Shown: positions 1 to 12,000 of the stretch, piece by piece | How positions within the stretch are numbered: position 1 is the first letter of the stretch | Layout of the letters: every line of letters starts with the position of its first letter | Assembly (NCBI GenBank): GCA_032718475.1 | Contig: JAUCBJ010001846.1 | Span: 1 to 64,000, forward strand | DNA length: 64,000 nucleotides | From: Nemertoderma westbladi | Lineage: Eukaryota > Animalia > Xenacoelomorpha | Direction of reading: 5' to 3' | Made by a program: the position numbers and the translations under genes | The notes under the pieces: generated by a model | Databases searched by the model: none | What the model saw: only the letters and a program-made list of their open reading frames with translations | What the model was told of the DNA's origin: nothing

Positions 1-3000
1 AAATCAATATAAACGCCCCAGGTTGAGTGCATGTAGCTAGCCGTATCTGTGCCTTGCCCACCGAACAGCGTATCTGCGCCAGCACCGCCGGTTAAATGAT
101 TGTCGCCTGCGCCAGCTTCTAGGAAGTCATCGCCTGCGCCACCGTCTAAGGTGTCGTTTTGTTCACTACCGATCAGTTCATCATGCCCATCCTGGCCGTA
201 GAGTGAGATTGGGTGGTCATCTTGAGCGTATAGTTGATCATCCCCTGCGCCGCCATCAATGAAGTCAAGCCCATCAAAGGCATGTATTTCATCGGCATAA
301 TATGAGCCAATAATGTGTTTAATGTCTTGAAAGCTGTCATGATGGGCGTCGCCCGCTTGATCAGCGGTATTATGATGTAGTTGATCATGTTGAAGGTCTT
401 GTTGGGTTTGGATGTGAATTCCTGCTTGAGATTGTGAGTAATTAGCGACGTAATCGTCGTGATAATCCCCTAGGTGCAGCACATGTGCATTCACATACTC
501 AACGAGTTCTTGCGGGTTTAGGATGCTATCCAGTGTGGTGAGTTGATAGTGTTGATAGCGACTGCTCCAGTTGTTAATAAATAGGCGCAGGTCATCGGCT
601 AAGATCTGGAGTACATCGGGGTCGTTTTGGATAAAGTGCAGTTCTTCTAAGCGATATTGGTTTAGTCGTAATTGATCCTGATCAATCTGTTCATCTATCA
701 TGTCTTGAGGTTTTTCTATACCATGGATAATTACATTATCGCCTCGAAAAATTTGATAGGTATCACTGCCCTCGCCACCGACTAAGATGTCGATTCCACC
801 TCGACCGCCATTTAAGATATCGTCGCCCAAGCTACCGGCGAGGTAGTTGCTGTTGGTATCTCCAGTTATGACATCATTAAAAATGCTGCCCACAACGTTT
901 TCAATGTGTTGGTAGGTATCGCCTTGAGCGTCTGCATGCTGTCCTTGATTGGTTGTAAGATCAACATGAACGCCTTGGTTGGATACCCAATCACCGATAA
1001 AAACAAGGGTATCGCTGCCGTCTCCACCATCGATATCATCCGCGCCTTGGCCACCGTTTAAAGTGTCGTCGCCTGCTTGGCCTTGAAGTACATCATCCCC
1101 TTCACCCCCTGTGAGTGAGTCGGATGCATACCCGCCGATTAGGGTATCGTCTCCCCCCAAGCCATAGAAGGTATTGTTATGAGTTAGCTGGCCTTCAATG
1201 CGGTTGGCTTGTGTACTGCCATACACCCATCTATCGCTACTGAATTGAGCCTGTTCAAAGAGTTGGTTGTTAAGATCAAGATCAGGGTGGTCCGATTTTG
1301 ACAGGTCAATGGATAGAATGGATTTTTCCAGTTCCTCATTGAGGATAAATTGAACGCCGTCTTGAGTTAAAAAGTAAAAGGCAGAGAGTTGTTCGCGTGC
1401 AAGGGAGACTTGGCTGGAGTGATCTCCCGATAGCCCAATAAGCACTCGGTTAGCTTCAATCGCTTGAATCTCAATGGCCTGATGATCAATATTGTTAAAT
1501 ACAATGTTGTGTAGTGGGCTAGGCGGCGCATCTTCACTGTTTTGTGCTGCATAATTGTTAATGTCGATGGTATTAAGCCCATCGCCTGGGTTGAGTAGTA
1601 CAGTGGTATCCATATCATTCAGCAAAATATAGTCATCCCCTTGATTAGGGGTGACGAGTTTGGCTGATTGTAGGTTTAAAGTATCGTCCTGATCTGAACC
1701 ATAAACTTGCAGGACAGATAGTTGAGAAAGTTGTGAGGTGGGGCTGGTAGCTGTTTCCCCATTTTTCGCTACAAATTGATTCCAGATTTGTTGATCAAAG
1801 CTTACCACCTGAGCACTGGGCATGCCTTCATTGAATTTCACAACAAAGCTGACGCCATCGGCCGTCATAAAGGTGTAACCTTTTAGGTATGGATCGCGAT
1901 GATCTATCCGCAGACTAGCCACAGTTTCGGCAAGATGAGGCCCGTTATTATAAATTGGGCCATCTTCGGCAAAGATACCCACAAGCAGTTCAGTACCAGA
2001 GAATCTAAAGACTTGAATATCCTTCCATGCAAAATCTTGAAATAATATGACGCTGGCTTCGCCGTCGTTGCCTGTATCTTCAATGATCGTTATACCATCA
2101 TTGGCTTGTAGAATATAAGTGTCTTGTCCCGCTTTGCCATCCATGAAGTTGAGACCCCCCCCACCGATGAGTTGATCGTTGCCGGTGTGACCGATTAGGA
2201 TGTCATATTTCTGATCGTTGTCGGTTCCAATGATGATGGCGCCTTCTTCAGGTAAGAAATTTGCATCGTATGTGGGTGTGTCAAAGTCGTTCTCAGTGTC
2301 ATTTTCAGGATCATTTGAAAATGACACTGTATCAGTGAGCTGATAAGAAAAGTTCGTTATACTGAGTGCGCCTTGAGCATCCATTTTAAGTTGATAGTTC
2401 ACCCTATCTTTTGTTGTGAAAACATAGTCGACGAGTTCGCCTGCCGAAATATCAATGCTTAGGTTTTCATCCACGGTCAGTTGAATTCGACGTTCACCCG
2501 CTTGGGTATCGTAGGCTTGATGGCTGATTGATTCATAGCTGTGGTTACTAAATTGTAAAGTGCGTTTAGTTCCGGCTTGTTGTGTGAGCGTAAAATGTCC
2601 CTTCGCATCGGCATCAAAGTCAATAATAAGGTCTTTATTTTCAAGTGAGGTGTTTGGAAGAGTCTGGCCATGTTGAGCTTGCCAGAGCGAGGCAATGATA
2701 CGGATATCAAGCATATCAACCGCCCCTGTTTCGGTTTGGCCTAGATGAAATAACACCCCATCTGTGGTCAGCAAGGGTAGGGTTTTTGCCGCATCTTGGG
2801 ATAGGTGAATTGTGGTATTAAGGTTGTGATGATCTTTAACAACGTCAGCTTCAAATGTGAATACCTGCTGGGTTGCCCCCTGGATGTTCCATGTAAAATT
2901 GTTTATAGCAATATCATGATCAATATCATTGATGTGAAAGTCCAAACGCAATAGATCAGCATAGGTTTGCTCAGTATTCTCGGGGTTATTATTGTGATCA

Positions 3001-6000
3001 TTCACAAATAACACTTCATTGCCCGCTTTAATAACATATTGAGTCCTTGAACCTGCTTGGCGTATCAGTGCGTCTTGTCCGCCCCCAAAGGTGATATATT
3101 GGGTGTTCTCGCCCGCTTTGATTACCTCTGTGCTGGCCGAGCCGTAAATGTTTTCAACCCCGTCAATATAGACTTGAAATGATTGGCTGGTTTGCGCGTT
3201 GTTGAGGTTTAAACGATGTTGGGCAAAATCAAGCTGATCACTGGATAGGGTTTGGATGATATTGCCGCTTTGTGAGGCATTAATATAGCGAATTCTGCCT
3301 TGTTGATCGTCGGCTTGAAAAACAATGCTGTCGTTATTGCTGGTATCTTCTGCAAGATTATTTTCGCCCCAAAAATGGTAGTTGCCGGCATTGCCTAACT
3401 GCAGGGTATCGGCTCCACTTCCACCTTCGATGTGATAGGTGAAGTGTTGATTGACATTGCCGGGGGTAAAGAAATTATTGTCTTTATCATTGCCGTAGAC
3501 GGTGTGGGTGACGGGTTCGATTTTTTTAAGTTCCAAATGGTCTCTGACGGTGGGCTCAATTTCTTGTTCAGTGTATTGTGAGCTAGGCAGTGAGGGGTTG
3601 GGGGTGTAGGTTCTAGATTTTTCAATGTAGTAACGCTGTGCGCCTGACAGGATAATGTTATCAATTCGTTCACTATCTACAATTAATCTTTTATCTTCAT
3701 AAGTGCCGTCGGAATACTGGTAAACCAGTGTTTCAACCGCGGCTGGATCTTCAAGTGCTGTCAGTCTGTCCCAATCAACGCCGCTGTCATCTAGGGTATA
3801 TTCATCTTCTGAGAGTGGATTGGTCATTGTCCATTGGTAAGTAGCTGTATCGCCTCGAAGGTCTAAGGTGGTGTCGCCTATCATCAAGGGGGCTTGATTC
3901 TCTTTTGTGACCGGGATTAAATTGAAGGTGTTGTGTCTACCTTGGTGGTCGTCAATGGTATAGAGTTGATGAATCTCAGTGGTTTTTTCCAGTAGTTCGC
4001 TATAGTAGGAAAATTCTTTGTTGTATTCAAAACTAGGGTCAAAGAGTTCTACAAAAGTATCCCCAATGCCTTCAAAAAAGCCTTTGAGGCCTAAATAGAA
4101 CATTTCCCAGTCGTTGTGGGCATTTTGTTGTTCTTTGATAATGTCCGCGGTGATATTATCAATAAAGAGACGTGCGGTGAGTAGCACCATAGCAGCTGCT
4201 TCAACAAAAGGCGCGGCCGGCCCGGTAAAGGGGGCGGCCATAAATAAGGCGGTATCGACTGAGTCAATAACGGTATCGGCAATATCAAGGTTTTGTTGCC
4301 ATTGGGGGGCGTTTGCGGCTTGATCCGCTTCAAGGGTTTGAACGTCGCCCGAGATCATTAGCCCACCAAATACTGCGGCCATCACCGGGATGCGGGCGGC
4401 AATCTCCCCCACTCGGGCGGCGGTTTCTGCTTCCATACCAACCCTTGTTAGCACATGCCCCATCCCTTTGGCTAAAAAGGTATCTAGGGTTTCAATGGCG
4501 GCTTCACTGCCTTGAAGTTCTTTGAACATAATGCCGCCGAAGGCTTTGCCGATTTGATCGGTAATTAGTTTGTTGGTGCCGATTAAATCGCCCAGTCCAT
4601 AGGCCGCAAATGCGCCAGAGGAGATGGCCGAGCTGATATCACCGTTGTTGAGTGAATCTAGCATGCCCTTAAAGCCTCGAAGTGTCATAAAAATACCGGT
4701 GGCTTTACCCACATAGCCCGATCCTTGGGCTAGTTTTTGTCTGTTTTCCCCCGGGACTTGGTTTAACCAGTTGTAGTATTTTTCAATCAAGCCGGGGGCT
4801 TTGTAGCCTTGGAAGTGATCTAGTTCGATGACGGTTTGATAAATAGTGCCTGAGGCATCGGGTGTAAATTCAACGCCTAGGGTGTGGTTGTCTTGGTCAT
4901 AGATAATGGTGTTAATATCGGCTCTGGTTTGGCCACTGGCGTCACAGGCGGCTTGAATCCCTGTATCAATTTGTTCCATGGTTTTTTGAAAGTCATATTG
5001 GGCAGCCGCTTGTAAGGTTTGCAGGGGCAGTTTGGGATCGCTTTGTTGTTCATGTTGTTGAAGAGGTTCTTGGGCAGCGCCAAGGATAGCTTGGTTGGTG
5101 CCTAAGAATGCATCCACTTGTGTTGGGGTCATAATCTCGCCGTGTTGGTCAAAGTAGGTGTAGGGGTTGCCTGCATTGACGGGCATTTCGCTGTGGGTGG
5201 GGAAGTCGTGGCTGATGACATCGCCGATTGGGTATTCTATTGGAGTTTCTAGGGGGTTGCCTGCATTGTCGAGCATTTCGGGGAGTTCGTAGTAGCTGAA
5301 GTTGTGGCTGATGACATCGCCGATTGGGTATTCTAGGGGGTTGTCTACAAGCGCATTGATTGCTGTGTGAGTGGATTCTTTATAATTATCAAGTGTAAAA
5401 CCGATACATAAATCTCTGGCTTTTTCTCGATTTTTTCTAGCGTTATCATTCTCAACAAATACTGATGGATGATCCATCATTAAAAATTGAAAGGCCTCAA
5501 CCATGTCTTCTAGCTTGTATGTTTTTGTGTTGAAGCCTTCAGAAATAGTGCTGTATATTGCAGGATTACTTTCATCACTAAATAATTCATAGAATTTTTG
5601 GGCAAGTGGGTAAGCGCTCCCATCTACATTTATTGCATCGAAAATTTGTATATCTTCCATCATGCTGCCGAGTATTTGTTCGTTGAGTATTTGTGGGCCT
5701 TGGGATTCGATTTTGATATTCATGATTGTTACTCTGAAATCTCTCACAGTTCGATCAAATCCTAATAGAGTGGTGTCCTCAAAAGCTTTTAATTGTTGTT
5801 CTATATTATCTAAAATCACTAGTGCATTAGTGAATGTACCTGGATAAAAATAGGTTAATAGTTGTGCGCTATATGTTATTAGTTGTTCTTTTGTTCCATT
5901 AAAATCTTCTAGCTTAGAAGATTCTAAAAAGCCTACTAAGGCGCTTACATTATTTTCTGTTAGGCTTTTATGCAACTTGTCGCTTAATGTAAAATAAAGT

Positions 6001-9000
6001 TTAGTAGACGCAGTTAAATTATTGGTTGCGTCTACAATAGTTTTTTTCAGCCTAATAGGTTCATGTCCTGCTTCAGTGTAGTTTCGTGCCATGTTTTGTA
6101 TACTTTCTTCAACCAATTCAACTGGAGCATGCTGATCTAATAGTTTTTCAAAGTTTTTCTTGGCTAAGATGTATGAAAGCACTTTATATTGTTGAATATC
6201 TGTACTTCTAAATATATCAATGAGTTGTTGGCGTTTTTCGATAAGCATGGCGTCGAATCTATTGCTTCCATTGCTCGGTATGAGCAGTTCTTGAATTAAG
6301 AGTAGGTTGTGATTAGGGTTATTTTTTATCCCTTGTAAAAATGCTTGATACTCATTGTCAGTTAAAGCAGTATTTTTAACTAAGCTGCTAACCATGGGCA
6401 AAATACTGATAATGGAATCCACGAATACTCTTTTTGTACTATCCAATTTATCTTGATGCGTTTTGATTTCTGCTAGCCTAACACTCCAAAGCCATGGTTT
6501 GTCTGCTATGATTGGGATGATTGTGCTTTGTTGGTTTGTCAGCATGTCTAATGTAATAGTTAGGTCAGGCTTGTACTGTTTGACAAAATGCTTTGCAAAA
6601 AAACTATCAAATCTTGAACCCAGTATCGATTGATAGGTTTCTAGAATAAATTCTATTTCTGGTGGTTTTTCAGCGTTAGATTTGTTACCTTCTAAAATAT
6701 ATTCCACAAAGTAACCAGTTTTATAGGCTATATTTTCTATTAATTCATTGCTTGGTGTCGCGTCAGACCGCAGTTGATGGGTCATTGCGTATAATCCCGC
6801 CAATACCCAAGCATTAGAGCCTGGTATACCTTTCATATTGTCAATGAATTGATGCTGAGCAAGGTGCATCATCTCATGGGCAATTACTGCACACATTTTT
6901 TTTCTAAGCACCCCAGCCGTAGTAAGCCACTGATGTTGATTGAAAATATCGTTTTCTTCTATTGCGGAGGTACTGATTATCCTGTCTAAATAATTGTCTG
7001 TAAAATTAATTTGATAGGAGTTGTGCCGATAAGATGCTAGTGTTTGTGAACTCTCGCCTGTATGACTGTTACTATCAAAAGTTACTGTGGGTTTTTGCAC
7101 ACCTAAACGTTCACTCATCCCCTTTATTATTTTGCGTATTTCATCTTCTATCAAAGATTTTAGAGCAGGGGTACTATCTTCTATACTTGGATGACCTTCT
7201 ACTCCGTTGGAGACCAACCTCGCATATTGTTCTATAAAATGAACATCAAAACCTTCCAATAGAGGGTCTATTACACTAGCCAGATAGGCATTTTTAAATT
7301 GCCTTTGCTCAATTGATAAATCTGGATTAAGAGAAATTAGGTCTATAGGTCTTTCAAAAAGCTGATCTATTCTAACGTTTTCTATATTGCCAGAAAAATA
7401 TAATGAGGCTAGAAGCCTTTCATCACTTAATGCATGATTTGATTCGTTCATGCGTGTTTTTAAATCGCTAAAATTAATAGTAGTATCACCTAAAATATCG
7501 TTAATAGAATTGGCAATAATTTGTTCTTCAGCTACCGATACATCATAAGATTCAGGCACCCAATTTAAATATGAATCTTCATTTTTACCATTTGCAAACT
7601 GCCTTAAATACTCTACAAAAGGCGAATTTGACAAATCCATGTCCCCAGGCGCGCCCCCTAAACCATAAGTATTGCTGTGTATTCTCAAAAGTTTAACTTT
7701 TTGTGCAACAGGCATGCTGAAGGTTTCTAAGGCTTTAAGCACTTTGCTGGACTCTGCTTGATTGAGGGTTGATTGTGTTGCCTCAAAGGCCTGATTAATG
7801 GTATGCCAATCGTATTGGCCAATGGCTTGAGTAAATTCATTGGCTTGTTGTTCTGTGTTGTTGCTGATGGTTTGGCCAAAGGCTTTGATCAGTTGGGTGG
7901 CCTTATTGATGAGAGCTTGTTGGGGCGCCTCAATGATTTGATCGATTTGTTGGGTGACAAGCTCTGATACTTGGCTTACTTTCAGCGCTTGCAGCGATGC
8001 GTTGAGATTTTCTCTTTGATTTTTGTTAAGCGTACCGAGTGGTTGCTGATTAATGATCTCTATGATATCAAGCATGCTGTATTGTTGTGTTTCCAGCCCT
8101 TGTTCAATTTCAGCCTGAATAGCGAGGTTGGGGCCATTTTGAGCCAAGTCTTGAAGCTGGTTGATTAGGGCTTGATTGGGGCTTAAGCCGGCTTCGGCAC
8201 CTTGTGGTTCATCAACTTTTACCAGGAGATTTTCGCCTTGCGCTTGCGGTAGATAATTGTACAGATCATGGTAGGTACGCTGTTGCGGATTGCCCCCCAT
8301 GTAATTGAGGCGCCCCTGATTGGTATTATTATAAAAGGGTTCAAAATAGTTATTTAATAAGGCATGGGTGGCCCCGGTGTGAATGATTTTATCGGCATAG
8401 AGGGTGTTAATTTCAGGCTGGTTGTTGAAGACATCTGCACTAGCGTGTTGAACCAGTTGTGTGGCGAGTCCTTGTCGTTGTTTGTTAGGGTCACTGACCA
8501 ATGTGATTAAGTTAACGTTATTGTTTATTAGTTTCAGGCTAATGAGTAGGCCTGAGAGTTGATTGTTTTGATATTGCAGGTAGAGGTGCATGTCTTTTCC
8601 TAACGGTAATGATGAGGATAGTCCGTAACGCTCATCTTCGCGTTGTTCCTTGTGAATACGTACCCATTGTTGGTAGGTATTTACAATTGCATCAAAGTTG
8701 GCATTTGGTATATGGCTGATCAAATATTGGTTGAGTTGTTCTGTATTGATTTGATTGATGTTATTTAAATACTGATTGATATCAACACTGATATAGTTGA
8801 TGCCATCTGTCAGGGGAGCATTCGTGATATGTTGTTTGCCCGCTTCGGTGAGGATCAAGACAGGCTCGGTGATAGCAAGCGAGCTTTGTTCTAGGGCACG
8901 TTGATTGGCGCGGATAAATCGTTCGGACTCATCAAAGCCTAAGGTTTTGGCCAGTTCGGGCTTGTGGTCGAATAGGTAGTGCTTCCAGTCTTTAGGGAGG

Positions 9001-12000
9001 GTGTTGATGGTTTGTTTTAATTGAGGGTATTCGCTAACTTCAATTTCAGTGTCAGTTTTGTTGATCTGAGTCTCTAGGTAATGAAAGAATATTTTACTTG
9101 ATAAAGGCAGCGATGGCTGAGCAAGAAGTTCTAGCAGTTCAGTGGTATTAAATATAGCATTGAGTGCGTCTAAACGGATTGTGATACTTGCATCAATATC
9201 TGGATCAGGCATTAATTTTGATTCCAGATGCAAAACGGCTAGGTGTTCAATGGTATGAGCTGAGCGTTCAGATAATTTGCTTGCATAAGGTAATTGGGGA
9301 TTTTCAAGGCTTTCTTTCAGTAGTAAAACCGTGATGTAGTCCGCTGAGTTGATAGAAATTTCACCCCTATTAAATCGGTCAAGGAGTTGGTATTGATGGG
9401 CATGGATCAGTTCATGGGTGATTTTTCCAACCATGTCATAAATATCCTCTATTTTAGTTAAATCAATGGCTATTTGATTCTTCTGATGATGGTAACTGGC
9501 TACCCCAAATTCACCCAGCTCGTTTTGTATGGGTTGTCCCACAATGTTTAATCGCGGGATTTTGTTAATCTTTAAAGCTAAAGCGATTTTTTCAATGATT
9601 TTGGCGATATAGCTATGGTATTGTTGGGGGTTTATAAATGTCTGATATTTAAGCGCTGCTTGTCCGTCTTGGACGAATTGTAAAAAGTTGGTTTGATTAA
9701 ACAGGTTTTGAACGGTTTCAAGTAGATTGTGGTTATATTGGGTGAGTTGATAATCTAGTGCTAAAGGGACCAGCAGGTCTTTTTTAAACGCATCTATTGT
9801 GGCTTGTCTTTTATTTTCAGGGATGAAATTAAAAAGATCGGGGTTGGCGTTTAGTAATTCAAGCACGGCTGTACTAATTTGGGCGGAGGTGCTATCTGGC
9901 ATCGCGTTTTCTTGCAGTAGTTCAACAGTCCGTTGATACAGGGTTTGGGTTGAATTAAAATCAGGGTTATTGAGATTGTTGATGATAGATGAAAGACCAG
10001 GGCCTTGATTGATGCTTTCCCAGAGTATGTGGATATTTTTTTGAAGTAGATTTGTTATTCGTTGGTACTCGGCAGATAGTACTGATGATTGTGCAATGGT
10101 TCGAGTTTGTGAATACGTTAATAATTTCGCCGTCGATTGGGTCAATAAGCGAACGGCTGAGGGTATTTTTGAGAGTATGGTGGGGAGGGCCAAGTTTTCC
10201 ATCATTTGTACTAAATCATCTGGATGTATATCCGCCTGTTTTAAACTATCAAAATTCTCAACAGCAAAAGGAGCTAACCCCTCCAGATTATCTTTGATGT
10301 TGTCTGAAAGGCTTTCACGCAAGTCGCTGATTTCTTCATCGCTGATGTCTTCATCGCTGTATTCTTCATACACCAAACACGCCGTGAGTACAGCGCGGTA
10401 AAAGCTAGTGTGTCGTGGATAATCGGGGAAGGTTTCGACTGCCCCCTCGATGCTTACGCCCCAGCGGGAATTGTTTGTATCCGGGTTAATCAGCACCAGT
10501 TCAATAATTTGTTCGTTGCTGTCAGGGTTGTGGATGGAGTGATAAATTTGTTCGCCTTGACTGTTAACTTGTATTTGACCGTCTTTTTGAAAGAGGATGT
10601 TAATGGGGTAGTCGAAGTCTTCCACCTTCACCAACAGTTGGGGCAGCATAAGAGCAAGCTGGTTATCCCACTGATTGTGGGTGGTTATTTTTGTAGCAAG
10701 TTGGTATAGGCGGAGTTTAGCGACATCTTCTATGGAGATTTCAGCTAGGGAGATTTCAGCTAGGGAGATTTCAGCAAGGTTAAACGGGGGTTCTACTTGA
10801 TTGATAAGTCTTTGAACCTCCTCAACCAGGGGATCGAACGGTTCAAAAAGAGTAACTGGGGTGGCCAGGTTTTTTTTCAGAGCATCAACCAAATCTTTAA
10901 ATTGTAATTGTAGGAGTGCAATTTTATAGTAGTTATCCCTTACCCAGCTATCATTTTCTGGTTCCGCGATTGTGTTTAGGGTTTGTTTAAGTTGCGCTAG
11001 TTTCTTGTTTTGCTCCAGATTGACGTTGTTTTCCCCTGAGCTATACGCTTCTATCGCACCAATCAAGGTTTGCAGTTGAATGTGGGCTGTCAACAGGTTT
11101 TGGGTATTGGCATTCTCTATGAAGTCGATGACGTTAAATAGGGCGGTTTTGAATTCTGGGGAGTCGAGATTATCAGCGATGCTCATGCCCGGGTTACGTC
11201 GAACCGCTTCGATAAAAGGGGCAAGTTTTCGGTATTCATCTACAAAGTTTTGAAGGGTTTGATCAGAATTAGTGAAGATATCGGTTAAATGCTGGGTGGC
11301 TGTGTCCAGCAGATGTTTGGTTTGCCCATCGTTTACATATAAGTAACGGTTGGTTTCAGGTGATATACTGATAATAGCGGGGATGAGGTGTTGTTGTTTT
11401 TCTTTATTCCAGGGAGAAAAATGTTCCTCAAAAGTTAATGGAGGTTCTAGAGTAAGCATAAAAAAATTTTCCTGCCAAAATGCATCAAATTCAAAAGGCA
11501 CAATAGATCGAACAAGCGCTTTAAAGTGTTTAAGTATATCCTCAGTGATTGGCAGGTCGAGGTATTTGGGTGGTTCCAAATTTATAATAACTTCTCTAAT
11601 GTCAATTGCCTGTAGGTATTGAAAATCTGTGGGATCAGTGTCCCTCATCAGCATGTTACACCAATATTCTTTGCTTCTTTCGGACAGTGGAGCAGCTATT
11701 CGCCGTAAGGTTTCAACCAGCCTAAAAAAGTTGGCTTGATGGAAGATAGCGGGTAGTTCTGGTCTGAAGTTGTCGTTCTCAAATGCACTGCCTAGCTGTT
11801 TGATGATCTGGTAATCTATCGTGTCTGCACTATCAAAAATATCGAACCCAACTGCTGTTTCTAAATTGTGGGCCAGTAATTCGTCTATGTTTTGGTAATA
11901 GAATGCTCCATTAGGAAGAGACTGTTCAATTGCCTTCGAATGTTTATCGAAAATAATTGCCAAATTGCCTAACAATTTCTCTTTATCGCTTAACCTAATA

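Noticed and set aside
5160-5345. CRISPR-like repeat-spacer pattern
   Set aside because: Only two copies, in frame within a CDS, and no cas genes
173-11622. Many short track ORFs on both strands
   Set aside because: Shadow frames of the giant minus-strand ORF
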